From contig CAXXMD010000003.1 in the NCBI GenBank assembly GCA_963675755.2, forward strand, positions 1,248,001 to 1,312,000: 64,000 nt of DNA. Reading direction: 5' to 3'. The stretch's first letter is position 1, and every line of letters starts with the position of its first letter. The translations under genes were made by a program, and so were the position numbers. The DNA comes from a bacterium. Its GTDB lineage: Bacteria > Zhuqueibacterota > Zhuqueibacteria > Residuimicrobiales > Krinioviventaceae. Below, piece by piece: positions 61,479 to 64,000 of this stretch. The notes under the pieces were generated by a model, which searched no databases, was not told the DNA's origin, and saw only the letters and a list, made by a program, of their open reading frames with translations.

Positions 61479-63134
61479 ATGAAAAGAATTTTAACACTGC
61501 CTGTCTTGATTGTATTATCGGTTAACCTTTTTGCTGTGAATACGTTTCAGTACAAACAAATACTTCCCAGTAGTCAATGGTCTGACTATACACCAGACAG
61601 ACCCCATACAGCAGTATTAATGGGAGACGATGGAAATATTATTGTCGCCAGTCAGGCGTTTTCTTCTGAATGTATCGTTATGCAGAAAATTGATCCTTAC
61701 GGGAATCCTCTGTGGGCTGATCCCGAAACGGGTTTAAAGCTCGTTGATAATACCACAGCTACTGATGTAAACTATTACCCAAGTATGGCCAGTGATGGTA
61801 ATGGTGGAGTATATATAACATATGCTGCCGGTGTTTATGCAGTGGTTGGAACTGAATGGCGATTTTATTTTGACACTTATCTTCAGCATTTAGATGCTGA
61901 CGGGAATAAGCAATGGAGTGATAAAGGATTATTACTGAAAACCGGTTCATACCCATGGGATATTGCTAGCGATGGTGACGGAGGTGTGTATGTACTGTAT
62001 GACGGGGATTCAAATTGCGACTATTATCCGGGGACCCTTTTGCAACATGTTAACAAAGAGGGTGAAAAGAAATACACCGGATCGGGATATTCTATAATGG
62101 AATGTGACTCATTGTATTTAAGAAGACTTTATCCGGATGGTAATAACGGAATATTTATATCAAATGAAAATAACTATTTGCAACGTATGAATGTTGAAGG
62201 AGAGTTCTTTTTTCCTATACCTTATCTTGATACGGGATTACCAAATCTCCAATATCAATGGTTTTTTAATAATGGTGAAACGATAATAATTGCTGGTAAA
62301 GAAAAAGGAACCAGAAATTTTAAAATTCAAAAACTGTCAGCAGATGGAGAATATCTATGGGATCAAAATGGGTACACCTATACTTGGCCGGATTCTCTTT
62401 ATTTTTACCCTTCAATTATTCAAAATAATGATTCGTGTTTTACTGTTTTTTCAGATTTATATACAAAAAAAATTAATATTAATAAATCTGTTCAATTTTA
62501 TCAATTAGAAAAAATTTTGGATTTTGGCGATTCTCCACCTAGTGTATTATATTCTAAAAATACAAAACAATTTGGAACATTTGTTCTTTACGCATATTCA
62601 GAATACTTGAATTTTAAATACAGACATTTTATAATATTTCAAAAAATTGATAATACTGGTTCACTTCCATGGGGGGTAGAAGGTGTAACATTATGTGATT
62701 CGTCAGGGATTTTATTGCCTTCTCATTCATTATTCACCATAAATGAACAAACCGGAACAGCTCAGGTATTTCTGGAATTTCACTATGGCTTGCATGTTGC
62801 AATAGTTGACCTTAAAACCGGTACATTGATTAATGAAAAGAACAATAAAATTCCAGAGAATTTTTCAATTAAAAACTACCCCAATCCTTTCAATTACAGT
62901 ACCACAATCCAATATACGCTGGACAAACCGGGCCAAATAAAACTTAGCATATACAACATACACGGTCAAAAGGTGACAACATTGCTCAACAGTTATGAAA
63001 CAGCAGGAGAGCATCGGTTAATGTGGGACGGTACTACAGATCGGGGTGAACCTGCTGCTTCCGGGATTTATTTTGTCAAATTAACAAGGGATGAAGCAAC
63101 CTCTGAATTAAAAAGAGTGCTGTTGTTGAAATAG
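61479..63134 (+). CDS. Secreted protein (propeller-like, SDG.GGVY / Q..D..G..LW repeats) with FlgD-like T9SS CTD
   Basis: Signal peptide; passenger shows no evident similarity to that of 58662..60863; CTD nearly identical to it. Confidence 0.82.
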   Translation: MKRILTLPVLIVLSVNLFAVNTFQYKQILPSSQWSDYTPDRPHTAVLMGDDGNIIVASQAFSSECIVMQKIDPYGNPLWADPETGLKLVDNTTATDVNYYPSMASDGNGGVYITYAAGVYAVVGTEWRFYFDTYLQHLDADGNKQWSDKGLLLKTGSYPWDIASDGDGGVYVLYDGDSNCDYYPGTLLQHVNKEGEKKYTGSGYSIMECDSLYLRRLYPDGNNGIFISNENNYLQRMNVEGEFFFPIPYLDTGLPNLQYQWFFNNGETIIIAGKEKGTRNFKIQKLSADGEYLWDQNGYTYTWPDSLYFYPSIIQNNDSCFTVFSDLYTKKININKSVQFYQLEKILDFGDSPPSVLYSKNTKQFGTFVLYAYSEYLNFKYRHFIIFQKIDNTGSLPWGVEGVTLCDSSGILLPSHSLFTINEQTGTAQVFLEFHYGLHVAIVDLKTGTLINEKNNKIPENFSIKNYPNPFNYSTTIQYTLDKPGQIKLSIYNIHGQKVTTLLNSYETAGEHRLMWDGTTDRGEPAASGIYFVKLTRDEATSELKRVLLLK

Positions 63135-63372
63135 ATAGCTGACTTTAGGAAGCGATCGTGACGGAGATAATCTTTGTCACGATCTTTAATATAGAAATCT
63201 GCATCGCCATCAGAGTTAGGATTTATTTCGTTCTACCTGTAGATCCCATTTCAATGGGATTGTCCACAACCAGGTGGACTGTATCAAGAGTTAAAAAAAT
63301 GCCTTAACATATTGAATAAACAGAATTTATCCAGACATAGCGTTCCCAAACAGGAGTTTGCGAACGAGTATA
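62876..63372 (+). repeat. Repeat B copy 2
   Basis: Direct repeat of 60605-61102. Confidence 0.95.
63341..63366. repeat. REP-like palindrome, copy 2
   Basis: CGTTCCCAAAC-AGGA-GTTTGCGAACG. Confidence 0.55.
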
Positions 63373-63398
63373 GACAAATATAATTCTAATCTATTACT

Positions 63399-64000
63399 TT
63401 ATCTTGCTATAATCAACTTGCCGATTTCTTCAACTGTCTTGCTTTCCCCTTCATAATCGGATTCGGCTTTGATCTTGTACAGATAAACACCATTTGCTAC
63501 AGCGTCGCCGTCCTGGTCATAACCATCCCATTTTTCCGGAAAGATGTTGAACCCAATGCTCACAGGTGTGGGTTCGAACTTTTTGATCAATCTGCCCGCA
63601 ACCGTATAGATCCGGATTTCGGCCATAGCATCCTGACTGATCTGAAAGGTAAACTGGGTATCATCCGTCATGGGATTGGGATAGTTGACAATATCCCTGA
63701 TCAACAAATCTTCATTTTGCACAACCACAAATTCGCTCTCAACCGCTCCGGAATTGTTCGAATTGTCCCACGCTTTAACTTTGATAGTATGACTGCCTTC
63801 GCTCAACTGCTGCAATGGATATTTCAATGTGCCTGAGGTATAACTGCCCTCATTGTATTCAAAATACTCGGTAATATCGCGGACCGCTTCTTCATCTTCA
63901 TCCAGCACCATGGTAATCTGATGGCCTATATCACCGGCAGTATTGATGCCGCTGGTGGTATCACTGATCTCGACATTCAGCGTGGTATTGCTGGAGACAT
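63399..64000 (-). CDS. porU: C-terminal part of a PorU-like T9SS sortase; 5' end is outside the window
   Basis: Frame is open to the window edge: SDTTSGINTAGDIGHQI...SY..G...YPL..LSEGSHTIKVKAWDNSNN, then NYPNP CTD. Confidence 0.75.
   Translation of the reverse strand, partial: VSSNTTLNVEISDTTSGINTAGDIGHQITMVLDEDEEAVRDITEYFEYNEGSYTSGTLKYPLQQLSEGSHTIKVKAWDNSNNSGAVESEFVVVQNEDLLIRDIVNYPNPMTDDTQFTFQISQDAMAEIRIYTVAGRLIKKFEPTPVSIGFNIFPEKWDGYDQDGDAVANGVYLYKIKAESDYEGESKTVEEIGKLIIAR

Noticed and set aside
1758-62508. Numerous 60-200 aa ORFs overlapping or antisense to assigned genes
   Set aside because: Shadow frames of well-supported genes, with no motifs or RBS support.
60605-63372. Diversity-generating retroelement (TR/VR pair)
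   Set aside because: Differences between the repeats are not confined to adenines and no reverse transcriptase is in the window.
58279-63372. Integron or prophage/ICE attachment site
   Set aside because: No tyrosine or serine recombinase and no attC-like sites seen; the cassette genes have their own promoter-like motifs, and repeats occur at both ends of each unit.
1-64000. CRISPR arrays, tRNA/rRNA genes, IS elements
   Set aside because: No regularly spaced short repeats, cloverleaf or rRNA-like segments, or transposase ORFs were seen by eye; tRNAscan and Rfam searches were not run.

Overview
64 kb of AT-rich bacterial chromosome, most likely from an FCB-group diderm such as candidate division KSB1 or Calditrichota. 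This is an inference from the FlgD-like T9SS C-terminal sorting domains, PorV- and PorU-like genes, a short Bacteroidota-type sigma70, IleRS2 and the yggS-yggT-divIVA-pnp-mtnP-ileS-lspA synteny. Contents: a truncated REC-PAS-PAS signalling gene; a 1474-aa GEVED-repeat secreted protein; exbB-exbD-exbD-tonB plus a second exbD-exbD-tonB copy; an S41 protease; a GH57 enzyme; a T9SS-related operon; an EndoQ-UvrD fusion; ltaE, trkAH, a sigma factor, rsgA, pyrEF and serS; an AT-rich surface-polysaccharide locus; an OPT transporter; the ileS-lspA operon; and the 3' end of porU. No rRNA, tRNA, CRISPR array, integrase or transposase was seen. The most striking structure is a two-unit tandem array between lspA and porU. 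Each unit reads [lspA 3' end + terminator]-[unrelated secreted passenger domain with its own promoter]-[near-identical T9SS CTD + structured trailer + REP-like palindrome], and the two lspA copies differ only at synonymous sites. This suggests an integrase-free cassette capture/swap locus. Other notable items are a full-length PdxJ homologue that has lost essentially all catalytic residues and a candidate structured RNA leader/attenuator at about 18.9-19.1 kb. All annotations come from reading the sequence and recalled family motifs; no database searches were run.
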